Source of the DNA: Schmidtea polychroa
Taxonomy: Eukaryota
DNA: 64,000 nt
Direction: 5' to 3'
Assembly: GCA_044892525.1 (NCBI GenBank)
Contig: CM097885.1
Coordinates: forward strand, 37,636,001-37,700,000
Shown: positions 14,051 through 27,836 of the stretch, piece after piece
Position numbering within the stretch: the first letter of the stretch is position 1
Layout of the letters: the number at the start of each line of letters is the position of its first letter
Translations under genes and position numbers: made by a program
Notes under the pieces: generated by a model
Seen by the model: only the letters and a program-made list of their open reading frames with translations
Database searches by the model: none
Told to the model about the DNA's origin: nothing

Positions 14051-14982
14051 TATAATAATAATAATAATAATAAAACTTTGAAAAACTTTTAAAATTATGT
14101 ATATTTTTTTTATTATCAATTAAATCAGTTAAACATAAATTATGTTCATAAAAATTTTAATAATAATAATATTTTAAGTGACCCTTACTTTGTAATAAAT
14201 TCAAAATTCATATTGGTGGGGGTAGTAATCATTTACAAACGATTATTACAAACCAAGATTAACTATAAATCAAATAAATTCGAAAGTAATTTTTCTTGAT
14301 TTCATAATAAATGTTTACTTGAAATTTTAATTACTCACTTTTTTTTTGTTAATTTCTAATTTGAATTTAAAGATTTAAACAAACAAAAATTAAATATGCA
14401 AAAAAATTTATAAATTTGAATAACGGACCATTGAAAAGCAATTTGTAATGATTAATTGAAAAGTGAATAATTGAGAAAAAAACTTGTTCGATTAGTTTTT
14501 CCATTTTAAATAACTAAAAATAATTTAATTAACCGTAAACTTGTTTTCAATTTATTTATTATTTGTTTTAATTCTAATATTTAAATGAATTTGAGGATTA
14601 AATTTATTTTATGAAGATTTGAATTTTTTCAACTTTTATATTAATAATTTAACTATAACTTTATTTAAAACAAAAATTACAGTTATTTTTGGAATTATAA
14701 TTTTTATTAAAATATAAAAACATATTATGTTTTCAGTTAAATAAGAAAGGGTTTTTTTCTATTTATCATAATAATAAATTTAATGCAACATAATATATCC
14801 TCATGAATATTACACGAATTTATTAACCTCAAACAGAAACCTTTAAATGTCTCAAAATAGGAATAAATGGACCTAAACTTTATGTAATTTGTAAATTTTT
14901 GAGTTAAAAATATTATTTAAACATATGGCTTATTTTTAAAGTTTTTTTTAATTATAGTAAATTTTGACATTTAAACAAAATA

Positions 14983-15270
14983 TCTATACTATAAAACAAA
15001 AAATACACGTGTCTGTTTGTCTGTCTGTTTGTCACAAAAAGTCCCAAATCTTGAGCAAAAGCAACGTAAATTTTCTACATGCCATTCGAGCTGCTATTTC
15101 AAGGTCAAGTGTGCTATTTTCAACTTTTGCATTTGCAATCATAAATTTGAATAATTTAGAAATCTCTGAACCAAATTTGCATACGTCCACGGTATTTCAT
15201 ATTTACAAGCTGAAAATACAAAATTTAGCTTTCAGAACTTTTCTAGAAAATTTTAGAATGTTCTAGAAGA
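14983..15270 (+). mobile_element. Probable Helitron 5' end (3' boundary not determined)
   Basis: A|TCTATACTATAAAA followed by (GTCT/GTTT)n, a typical Helitron 5' signature. Confidence 0.45.
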
Positions 15271-16169
15271 AATAAATTGATAGAAATAGCCATCAATAAA
15301 TCATTTTATAAATGTGAACAATTTGATGTTGACTTGTGCATTCCAACTTGTTTCAAATCATTTCACACAAATCTTACTTACTTACTGATATTCAACCAAA
15401 ATATTCAACTATTTTAGAATTCTTTCAAAAATAAAGGATTTTTCAAAATTTTTGAATGTGTAAAATGGTTATCATGAATTAATCTTCCAAATAAATTTAC
15501 TTTGGTTGAAAAAATATTTGGGACTGATTATTTTTTAATTTTTTAATTACCTTATGCTTAATTTTCTCCAAAGATTATAAGTTTTACTTGGAACACAAAT
15601 CTTTGACATGAATGGAAGAATACAGAATCAATCCGAGGCAACAACAATTGGGAAACAATCATAAATGAATTTAATTAAAATGAAAATGTAATTGAAAAAG
15701 AAAGAAATTTGTATTTATAGTAGGATCAATTGTTGAGTAGATACTTACAATATATTCAAAATTTGAAAGCGCAGTAGTTTTAAATATTTTCTCAAACGTT
15801 TAGTGGTACACAGGTTGAGAAACGCTGTTCTAGACGAAGCAAAACTATTATAAATTACAATTATTTTGTTCACCGTGGCAATGTTTGAGCAACGGTTCAA
15901 AACTCCTTGAATAACAAGTTAACCAAAAGATGGATTGAAATGTGTTGTTCGATTTATAAGTATCCACCACGTTCACAACATATATTTACATAATCAAGCT
16001 CGTAAACAAATATATCTTATTTAACCTTCACGACACTACGCGAAGTACATTTGTACATTCTTGTTATTTAAACCATTTGTTAAATAGTAGTGATGCCCAT
16101 CTGATATTTATTGTAATCTATAAATACATCCCAATGAATGAAACGCGATAAAAAGCTAAAATATGTTAA

Positions 16170-16905
16170 CCTTCAAGTACCGAAACCTCGAAAATGGGAT
16201 CGGGAAGCGATGTACCCCAAACTAAAATTCAAGATATTACTAAAATTAAATTAGCAATTCATTTTGGAGCAAGATCTATGTGGTGCATCGAGAGGAAGTG
16301 AGTAGCAAATTAGTGTGACCTCGTTTATCTTTCGTTACGCGTACTAATTAGTCAGCGAGCGTTCGATAAGTTTCAACGGAAAGTAAAACATGTTTTATAT
16401 TAGAATAATGTTACAAATTCAAATTCAAAATAATAAGGGAAAACACTAAACGTAAAAAATACAAGGTGAAAAATATAATTACATTATAATATCCGCCCTT
16501 CGGAGCTAATAAAATAACTTTTACTCTTAGTATTCATCATAAGTTCTAATTATTCCGCTATACTAAATCGATATGTCCATCATATTCTTCGTCAATTTCC
16601 TTTCTTCATTATCCCAAATTTCATTGAGTTTCATGTTTTCACATTCTAATTCGTTATTTTCATCACAATCAATCTCATCTTCCGATGAATTTAGTAAAAA
16701 TCTTCATATATTTTATTTTTCGTTCCATAATAAAAAGGGCTAAAATGGTTTAGGAAAAGTAAATAATAAATTTAATAGTTGATGAAATAAAATGTATTTA
16801 ATATTCATTTTAGTATTATATTGACTTTTATTACCCAATTTGAATTTGGGGTACATTTTAACCCGTCGCTACCCGATCCCATTTCGAGGTTTCGGTACTA
16901 GAAGG
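16170..16905. mobile_element. piggyBac-type non-autonomous element
   Basis: TTAA on both sides. Long TIRs CCTTCAAGTACCGAAACCTCGAAAATGGGATCGGG and CCCGATCCCATTTCGAGGTTTCGGTACTAGAAGG. Confidence 0.85.
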
Positions 16906-17694
16906 TTAAGGTTTAAAAATAGGGCAAATAATTTTGTTTCACTTTGTAATTATTCCTGTACGGAATATTTGCATTTATTTCATGTTTTAACTTTGTTAAA
17001 TAGAATTTGTGTCTAAATGAAATTCTTTACATTTAAACGTTGGTAATTAAATATAAATTCTTCTGCGTAACTCAGGGTGGTTAAAATAGCTAAAATTATG
17101 TTTCTCTGCTTATGGAAATAAAATTGAAGTAATATTCACTGTCATAAATAAATAGCCGAAAAGGTATAAGTCCGATAAAGAATGTTTTTTTCCAAAATTC
17201 AAAAGGTTTTCTTTCCAAAGTTTCTGCTTCAGTGAGACTTAACGAATTTAGTATAAGTAATGCATGGTGGTCGTGATTTGATTAACAGAATCTTTATTAG
17301 CGATGAAACTACTGTAACAAGTGTGAACCATTGAAATTAAAAGATTGGCATGAACTGCGAGATTTGGATTAATAACAATAGTCAAAATGGCATTAATAAA
17401 AAGTATCCAATACAGAACACAATTCCCCAATAAACCAAAACAATTTCAAAACAATATTATTGTGAATTGATTCCTTCTGTTGATGTCAATGGACTGTAAT
17501 GTTCATAAACGTCTTGAGATTCAAAAGATTTCATTTTGACCTAATTAGAACATATTTAGTACTATAAATTAGTCCAATATAAGATTTATATAGATTTAAA
17601 TAAGTTAAAATCTTCTCACTAAATTATGATAAAAAGCTTAGAACATTAAAACAAATAAATTGTCACTTATTTTACTTAAGTAATAATTAAAACA

Positions 17695-17763
<69 letters not shown>

Positions 17764-18224
17764 TAGAAAAATTAAATTAATTTTATTTAACATAGCAATA
17801 CAATGTCGTATGCAGCATATACATTAGCTGGATTTATAAATAACTTTCAGACGGTTCATCAACTTTGTATAAAGGAAACCGATGTAATGGAAATTAAAGA
17901 GTTTTGAAGTGATTATTCGTTAGTTCTTGTGAAATAGAGTCGTGATAAATCACTAAGTAGAAATTACAAAGCTAATAATCAAAAATAATTCATAAAATAT
18001 TCACAGAATAACAAGTTTAAATTGATGAATAATACTTATCCATTACATTTAAACAAACCAAATTTTTGTTATTATCAATAACAATTATAATAATTTAAAG
18101 AATTAATGTTAAAATTTCCTTTCATAACACTTAATGAATATATGAATATATAATAACATATTCTTATGAATTTAAACAAAAAGATAAAAAAGCAAATAAA
18201 TATAACAAGACAACTACAATTAAC

Positions 18225-18625
18225 ATATATAAGATAACGCCAATCAAACATTTTTTTCACGATTAATTTCGACAGTTTTCCTGTCATCATCAGGTGGGAT
18301 ATAATACTCATTAAATAAAGGATTTTAAACAAATTTAATTATATATAAAAATTTTTTATTTTATAAAAATATTATTTTTTTAAAAACTTTAACATTTAAA
18401 ATTTAATTTAATAATTTAAAAATTTTAAATTTTTTTATCAATTATTTAATTTAACACAACAATCAATACATACAATACACAAAAGCTTATTTAAAAAACT
18501 CAACACACAAGTATTTACAGCATTCTGCACATTAATTTTCGGATTCAATGATTTTATCAACAACGCCTCACAAATCACACGTTCCCAATAATTATTGAAG
18601 TTTTTTAATAAAATTTTAAAATCAG
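18225..18625 (-). mobile_element. PLE family A 3' fragment with intact hammerhead (18258-18296)
   Basis: Reverse complement of ~12008-12407, including the endonuclease C-terminus and an identical hammerhead motif. Confidence 0.9.
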
Positions 18626-19213
18626 AATTAACATATAGTAGTAGATTATTTAAATCTCCTAATTCTCTTTAAATAATGTAAAACAATTTTGTTTTAATTT
18701 CATTTAAAACAAAAATGATTAATTTAATTAAATTACGCATTGTAATTTCCAATATAATTAATATTAAAATTAAACTTCAGATAAAAGATGAAGGAAATTA
18801 ACTATTTTGATTATTTCAATCGAGGAAATCTAATATTTCCTGCACCGGAAATATCTGACAAAGTTATTTTTGTTTCGAGATTTCAATATGATCATTTTTA
18901 TATTTTTGATAAACATTATTTATATTTCATCATTTTAAGTGATATTTAATATTTTAATTATAAAGTCTCGGTAGTTTTTTCTGTCATAATAAGCAATTGA
19001 ATAATAATGATATTAATTATTAAATAAATAATGAAAATTATTTTTGACGTAAATGTATATTATAGTATGACTGGACTATGTATTAATCAGGTATTCTATG
19101 TCATGGTTATAAATATAATGGATTATAATGTTATTAAATGGAATTTTATCTTATAATATTTGCATTACCTAACAATAATATGATATTATTATTCTCCATT
19201 TTATAATATTATT

Positions 19214-19412
<199 letters not shown>

Positions 19413-20047
19413 TTGATTTTATTATTATAACTATTATTATCAATTTATAATAATAGCCTAATTATAAATTGTAATTCAAGCCTTGAATTGAATTTCAAGG
19501 CATTATAGTTAATTAAATTGTTTAATTTAATTTTTGTTTGTATGGATAAATCAAAATGTGTGGATTTATTAGTTTTAGGAAATTAATGGGCGCACAATAA
19601 TTATGATAATTACTGTTATTAATGGGGATTTTATAAATGGCTTACGTGACTGAAAAAATAAATTCTAATATTTACCCAAAAATAATTGTTTGAGAAAACA
19701 AAACTTAAATATTATTATTTAATTCGGAATAAAATTTCCATTCAGTATTGAGAGATTCTTTGTTTTTATCTCAGAAAATTCAAATTTTTGTCATGAAAAT
19801 ACACTAATTTATTGTATTTACTGGGTGGTAGTGAATGGTGAGGGGTAAACGCGTATTTCTTTAATTTAGTTTTTCCTAATGAATTTTATAAACAATTAAA
19901 ATATTATAATAAATTTTATTTCTATTAAAACAATAGATGAATGTGGGCATTGTATGTTTTTAAGCTAAACATTGAAGTATTACATGATGTTATTTAGATA
20001 TCTTCTGGCAATACTCTGTTACGCAATATGAGGGTTTTAAGGAATGA

Positions 20048-20639
20048 ACAAGAAAGAATTATTTATAGTTTTTTGCATTTTTGCATTATAATATTTGTAT
20101 TTTTATCCAAGAAGAATGATATGATCACTATTAATACCATTTAAATAAAACGTATAAAAAGCCTATAAATCCATTAACCATTGAAATAGAATTACACCAA
20201 TACCGAAGTTCTCAACAAAACTGAATGTTACAAGCAAACCATGTGTTTGATCGTGTTCAAATCTGCAAGTATCCGAAATTGTACTATATCAAATTTAAAT
20301 TGCTTATATACAAATTTGGTGTTCGGTTGCTTAACAAGACTGTCAGTCAATGAAACGCTTTTAGACGAACAAGATATATGGGATTCATAATCAACAGTGT
20401 TGTTGTATCTCAAGCCACAAGAAAGAATTATTTATAGTTTTTTGCATTTTTGCATTATAATATTTGTATTTTTATCCAAGAAGAATGATATGATCACTAT
20501 TAATACCATTTAAATAAAACGTATAAAAAGCCTATAAATCCATTAACCATTGAAATAGAATTACACCAATACCGAAGTTCTCAACAAAACTGAATGTTAC
20601 AAGCAAACCATGTGTTTGATCGTGTTCAAATCTGCAAGT
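20048..20639. repeat. 223-bp direct duplication enclosing a 146-bp copy of 22325-22470
   Basis: 20048-20270 equals 20417-20639, and 20271-20416 equals 22325-22470, by direct reading. Confidence 0.93.
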
Positions 20640-21185
20640 TGTGGTGGAGAGTTTTACAGACGAAAAACGGTCTTACTGGTTGGAACGCGAAAATGATTTG
20701 ATTTAAATTGAATGGGGTTTTTAATATGACCGTCTGTAAACGGTTTTAGTTGTTAAAGGGTTAAGGTTAAAATTCTAATAAATAATAAAATATTTAAAAA
20801 AAAGCCTGTTTTGTGATATTTAAAACTACTCTCTAAAGCTCTGCCTTCGTTTTCTATTCTAACTAAAAAAATAAATAGGACTTAAAATATTTATTAAAAA
20901 ATAAAACAAATTCTAGGATTTTAGAATATTTAAACTCTACTTCAATTGTTCACTAAAAGGTTCATTAAAGTAATAAATTTAACTACGGAATTAAAAATTG
21001 TCTGAAAACAAATTCATAAAGTTGTATACAAGGAAATTTGTCTTCAAATGATATCACATGTAAATTTTCTAATTAAATTACTTATTAACTCTTAAATTTT
21101 ATTAATTTAAGTATTTTTAATCAATTGCGCAATCTTGCGACTATGCTCAAATTGCAGTTCTATCATCAAGTTATATATTGTATAG

Positions 21186-21422
21186 CAGGGATCGGCAACC
21201 TATGGCAGGCGGTGGAGTTGTCAATAGGATTTTATGTTGTTTGTTTTTCAATTAAATATATTTAAAAAATAATTTTGGGATCAAATTATTTTCATAAAAA
21301 ACTGTATTATATAATGTGACAGACATATACCATTACTTATTTGTAAAAAGAAATAAGGTGGCACCTTGAATTAATTGGCAGAGTGGCTTGGCACACCACA
21401 GCTAAAAGGTTGCCAAGCCCTG
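21186..21422. mobile_element. hAT-Charlie-type MITE
   Basis: CAGGGATCGGCAACC...GGTTGCCAAGCCCTG; 8-bp TSD TTGTATAG/TAGTATAG (1 mismatch). Confidence 0.8.
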
Positions 21423-21817
21423 TAGTATAGCGTCCAATTTACTGATATAAGTTAAAATAACATGTAAACTCGCTGCAAATTGGTTTTGATGAGTTTACTA
21501 CGCGTACATGTTAATTAATTTGTCAGTTCAAGTAAAGTACTATCACAATATTATAACATTGTAACTGCTTGTTTGTTTTTATAATCTTAAATAATTTAAA
21601 ATAAAATATTTGAGTAAAATGCGGAAATCAGATTTTCTCGAGATTTGTGTTTTAAAATGGTTTATGTTTGTTGTAGAACGATATATAATTTCTCTCATAA
21701 AAGAATAAAGTATTCAGTTCCATAACAAGACAAAGCCTTTGTGTAACTAGAACATTTAGCAATGATATATTAACTACATTTGCTGAGAACACCTGGTGAC
21801 CATAACCAATTCCTTAA

Positions 21818-22045
21818 CCCTTTGAGGCCTGGCCACGTTTTGACTTTTTCATTAAATCCGGGTAACGTATATAAACATTTGATTTTAAATAAAGTAAAAA
21901 TTACGTTTTTTAGCAATTTAACATCAAAAAATAGTTTTTCTTCAACTGCATCAAATAAAATATGACCTCTCATTTCAGCGAAATTTTAACTGGTGCTGAT
22001 TCTGATTCTGAAAAAGGTTTTATGAAATTCCCCGGTCTTAAAGGG
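21818..22045. mobile_element. piggyBac-type MITE
   Basis: TTAA|CCCTTTGAGGCC...GGTCTTAAAGGG|TTAA. Confidence 0.8.
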
Positions 22046-23551
22046 TTAATCTAAAATCTCAACTTAGGGACGTGCTTGAAAAGGAATGGAAATCTAGAAT
22101 TGAATATACAGTACTTATTATCACTGCTCAAGGTAGACAATCCACACCCAAGTTTCAAAACTTCTGTAGTCATTTAAGCATTGATCAAATAGAAACAACA
22201 GCGTTTCTTCCCAAAGTAATGAAAAGCTTGAACGATTTCGTCGAACTCTTAAAAATATAATAATATCCAGTATCCAAAATTTACACAAAATCTGATTGAA
22301 AGTGTGACATTAGCACATCTAAATATCCGAAATTGTACTATATCAAATTTAAATTGCTTATATACAAATTTGGTGTTCGGTTGCTTAACAAGACTGTCAG
22401 TCAATGAAACGCTTTTAGACGAACAAGATATATGGGATTCATAATCAACAGTGTTGTTGTATCTCAAGCCTCAAAATACATACAAAAAAAAGGTCCACAT
22501 AAAGTCTTATCAAGAATTGAAGACCTTAAGATGTAGAAACTTACCAAAACCATTCTCAGGATGACATTTAGTAATCGGGGACTTTTAAATAAATACATTC
22601 GGATATATTTTTTTATGTATTTACTTGAAAATATGTTTGATTATGAAAGAATATTACGAATATATAAATACTCTAGTGAATATGCTATTATTTTGATGAA
22701 AGATACCGAAGGTTTGAGGACAATTGTCACTCTGGACTTCCGAATATCTTTAATATTAATTTTATTAAATTTACTACTTATAAATAGCAAAGATTGCCAA
22801 TAACTTGAGCAATTCAGGAAAAGATGAGTATCTAGAATCTTGCTCATTAAAACAAGCACAATTTAACTTATTCACATATTTAAACAAAATTACAATTAAT
22901 TCCTTCAAATGAAAATGCTCAAAATACTCAATGAAAATTTGACATAAAAAATATTCGAAGAAATTCACTATACAAAATCATCAAAAAAAATTCCAAATCT
23001 CATTAAATTAACAGGGAAAACTTTAGGATTTTGATATTTTTCTTTCTTTTCAATCTTATTCCCATCGAATAAACCCTCATCTGAAATCTAAATTAAAATT
23101 TTAGAAAAATCTCCAACTCAATAAAAATTAATGCGACTTTAATGCTTTTATTAATTGAACTCTTCGTGCCCAGTGAAATGGAATTATCCAATTATGATAG
23201 AAAGGAGAAGTTCTATCAGTAATCTCTGTTTCATTTGTTATGGGCTTCAATGAAAGGAAGGCAAAATCGGTAAATTAAGTTTGGGTTTTTCATCTATTTA
23301 TTCTCCTCTCTAAACATTATAGAAAAATCAATATTCATTTCAACAAAAAACACCTGAACCGTGATCATAATTGACGGAATGATTTATTTATTGTGTTTGA
23401 TCCGCAAATCATGGGTCAACCTTGTCTAGTAGATGAGGGGTTCGTTTTTCCAATCTTGCGGCAGGAAAGGTCTTTAAGAAAATAAGAAATTATATTCTTT
23501 ACAAAATTGCGATTTAAATTACAATTTATTATATTTTATTAATTATTATTG

Positions 23552-23648
<97 letters not shown>

Positions 23649-23722
23649 CTTACCTACAATATTATAATTTATTTATTTGCATTATTATTTTTATTATTAA
23701 TAATTTAAATATTATTATTCAG

Positions 23723-26072
23723 TTATCGCTTAGAAAATCATGATCATGCACTATTTACATTGATCCCAGAATGGTCAAACTTTGATTCTACGATAAATCA
23801 AATATTTTTGAAACTTTTGCACCCCATCGACAGGGAAAATGTTTCCATGTATAATTTCAATCTCATTGCAACCGATAAAGGAAAACCGTCTCTTTCGGGA
23901 AAATTGAAAATTGAAATAAAAATTCTTGATGCCAATGATAATCAACCAATTTTCGAAAATTCTACGTACATAGTCAATGTCAAAGAATCAGAAATCTCTG
24001 GTCATTTAATTCTCTTACTCAAAGCAACAGATAAAGATTCTGGAGAAAACGGACTCGTCATGTATTATTTTTCATCAGACGTTACTTCCGAAGTACGGAA
24101 AAAGTTTCATATTGATTCTTCAACCGGCTGGCTCTCAATATCTGAAACTTTGGATTATGAGAAAGTGAAATATTACACTTTTAATGTCATTGCGAGAGAT
24201 TCTGGAACCGATGCAGCATTTTCAAAAGCCACAGTAAAGGTGTCAGTAGTTGATTGCAATGATAATCCGCCAAAAATTTATCTGGAATACGTTACAGATT
24301 CTGGAAAACGCACTTTAATTGAAGGTCCAGCAACAATAAATAAAGAATATTCAATAGTAATTGTTAGTGATCCGGATTCTGGAAGTGGTGGATTGATACA
24401 ATGTGATCTTAAAGGGTCGCAAAAGTTTATTTTAGTTCCTCCTAATAATAGAGAAGGGTCAACTTGGAAAATTAATTTGATCGACTTCTTAGATTATGAA
24501 GAAAGGAATATTGAAAGATTCATAATTGTCTGTCATGATCGGGGTGAACCTCAGTTAACTGCAAGTCATGAAGAAGAGATTATAATTCGGGATATAAATG
24601 ACAATTCTCCAATTTTTGAACATCCTTCATATCATCAAACAGTGGAAGAGAATAACCAAGCTGGAATAGTTGTATTGAAAGTCCTGGCTACCGATAGGGA
24701 CAGTGATTTGAATGGAAAAATTAATTATTCAATAGATTCTTTAAGTGTTTCATATTTTTCGATTGATCCCGTATCAGGAACGATTCGATCAAAAATTTCA
24801 TTCGATAGAGAAAAACGTGCATCCTATCAAATATCAGTCTTTGCTCGGGACTTTGGAGAACCTCCACAATCTGGATCAACAAATGTTTTAATAACTATAA
24901 CCGATCAAAATGATAACACTCCATATTTTCAAGGATTAAATGGTGGAGGATCTTATATTTTTGAAATTAAAGAAAACGGACCAAGTAATGCCATTATCGG
25001 AACAATTCATGCAGAGGATCCAGATGAAGGGATCAATGGGCAAGTTCTTTATACCTTTCTGTCACCAGTAGAAAAGTTCACAATTCATCCTGATCAAGGC
25101 ATTATTAGAACGAATCAGCAATTAGACAGAGAGAATAAAGCTGTTTATGAGTTTTCAGTAAGAGTTATTGATAAAGGTATTTTGCGTCAAGAGAATAGTG
25201 TTTCAGTTACAGTGAGCGTGATAGATGAAAATGACAATGAACCAAGATTTGTCATACCTACTAATGACAGTACTTCCGTAAAGATATCATATTTAGATTC
25301 TGCTGGGACACTGGTGGCAAGGATTGAAGCTGTCGACAGAGATGAAGGTCCAAACAGCCATTTAGAATATCAAATAATTTCTGGTAATAGTCGAGATCAA
25401 AATCAAGATAAAATATTTTTTATGGATCAAAAAAATGGTGATATCTTTCTTCAGAGAGCTTTAACAAGACAAGACATGGGAGTATATATATTAAAAATTA
25501 TGGTATCAGATCAAGGAAATCCTCCGCGAAAATCTTATGCAAATTATGTTATAAAAATTGACAATAGTGCTCAACGTTTGCCAACATTAAACAACATGAA
25601 GTATAACCAAAATCAGCATGCGACTTATTCAGATCGTTCAAGAGACGATTCTTTAAGTACCAGTGTTATTCTTATCGTCAGTATAGCACTTATCTGTATC
25701 ATAGTACTCGTACTTTTAACATTAGCGGTTTTTCTCTGTGGAAAACGAGGTCAGGAAGAATTGAATGAAATACTTTTTAAAAATAGTGATAGAGGAGAAA
25801 CTTCAGCAAATTTAAACCTTTGTTTTTGTCTTTCAAAATCAAGAAATCCTCGAAAGCCGCGATCTGATTCACATAGATTTTCTGAAATGCTTTATAACAA
25901 TTATTCAGTTCTGCCGAAAACTTTCAAAGCTGCAAGTGACATTGATGACTGTGGATTTAGGAAGGAAAACAATTTCGGAACTCTAATTCATAAAGACCGA
26001 GGAAACTCAACTGGGTCATTAATGATTGAGAAAAACTCTGGGACCAAACCAACTGAATGTCAATCTTATCAG
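23723..26072 (+). CDS. Protocadherin coding exon 2 (rest of EC2, EC3-EC7, transmembrane helix, start of cytoplasmic tail)
   Basis: Acceptor TTCAG| at 23722 matches phase 2. Repeated DxNDNxPxF, DRE/DYE and AxDxD motifs. TM segment VILIVSIALICIIVLVLLTLAVFLC. Consensus donor CAG|GTAAGT at 26073 (phase 0). Confidence 0.95.
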
Positions 26073-27295
26073 GTAAGTTTTCTAGTAAATACCTAGAGCA
26101 TTTAATTAATAAAGAAACATGTGTGGTTAAATGTATGGTTAGGGTTGTGTTGACGAGTAAAATATAAATTAAAATGCATTAAAATCCGAGTGCGAATTAA
26201 TTAAAATTCGATAAAAAATTTTTAAAATTAATTAGAAATATAGAAAGATCAATATTTTTCCTAGGGAAAAGTATGAAATAACCGAAAGTTTAAAACAAAT
26301 ATAATAATTGTAGGAGCATAAAACTTATAGATAAAATATATTCATCATTATTGGTTTTATCAATCTCTTCATAATCAAATCGAGAGGATTTGACCAGTAT
26401 CGACGTTTGCATTTCTATTGGATAATTGAATTCCACATCTTTGTAACAAGTGTTTTGGAGATTTTGCTTCACAATACATTTCATTGAATACGACTCTCAT
26501 AGTTGTTTGAATATTGTTGATGTGTTCTTGGCATATCCATTGAATGGAAGTTCAATGATCCGACGACGAGTATACATGTCAGCAACGGCTTTAACAAAAT
26601 TTATTATTTGTAGATTATAGATTCGATATAGAGGTGAAGCGATTCATGTGAACTTCAAACACTGATAGCACAGAAATATATGAAGAACAGAAAGATTGAT
26701 GTTGATGCGATCTTATATAGAAGTGAAGCTGTTCCATGTTCCACAAATTGTTTCAATTCAAGAGTTTTGAGTACATTTTTATGTTAGTTTAGAAATAAAA
26801 GGTTGCAGATGATGATAATATTTAAACAACGTAATTTTTGTTTATTTCATCAATAATTCATAATTAATTTTAGTTTAAATAATTAAAAAAAGACTTAATA
26901 AAATTAAATATGCATGTATCAGGCCCTACAATAATGTCAAGTTGAAAGGGTCTCCAGACAACGTAATTGCGTAAATACAAATTAATTAATTAAAATACTT
27001 GTTAACGACATTTATCATTTTAGTAGGAAAACAAAATTACTTAGATTGACAGACGTATTAGCATCCTTTTGAAATCCTATCTAATAGTTGAATTAATAAT
27101 TTTCTATTTTGAGACACAAATTGTCATATTTGCGATTTAATTATGAGTAGTATTAAACACAGCATATTTAAGGAAAATTAATTCAACTAAATTTCCCATA
27201 GAGGTCGAAGTTAAAATTCATTATGCAAAATGTAGAATAAGTGAAGAAATTCAGTTAAACATTGCTTACCAAATTTATAATTATTTTTGTATATA

Positions 27296-27836
27296 CAGGA
27301 ATAACTCGAACAGTACGGTTAATCGGTTCTGGAATTTAGCCGTACTATTTGAAACCGGACTTTTCGAGGCATTCTGGCGCTAATAAATTTACGGCTTAGT
27401 ACCCCTATTAAGAAATTTAAAATTGTGATTATAATCTATTTATTTTGTTATGTATTTTTATTTTTCTGATATTCAAGAGCAAAACAAGCATATTTAACAC
27501 AGTTGTACATTTAAATATATATTTATTGAAATTTATAAGCCGGCAATACCAATTCATTGCAACTAAATCAAAAAAAAGAATTTATTTCATTTTAAAAATA
27601 TTAAAAATAGCTGATGAAAAACAAGTAAATAAAATTAAATAAACGCAACAATTTAATTTAAAAAAAAATCAACAAATGCAATTCACTTAAATTTTAATGT
27701 TTAGATTCATTAGAAACTTTTTTAAATTTCGAAAATATTATTTAATCATTTTAAAAACAATCATATTTTGAAAATTTCAAAACCGTACTATAGAGAAACC
27801 GTACTGATCGAAACCGTACTATGCGAGGTATTCCTG
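27296..27836. mobile_element. Tc1/mariner-superfamily (pogo/Tigger-like) MITE
   Basis: TA|CAGGAATAACTCGAACAGTACGGTT...AACCGTACTATGCGAGGTATTCCTG|TA, with subterminal AACCGTACT repeats. Confidence 0.85.

Noticed and set aside
20228..22467. Two short ORFs with identical N-termini (MRYNNTVDYESH...)
   Set aside because: Explained by the 146-bp duplication; they have non-ATG starts and no recognisable domain.
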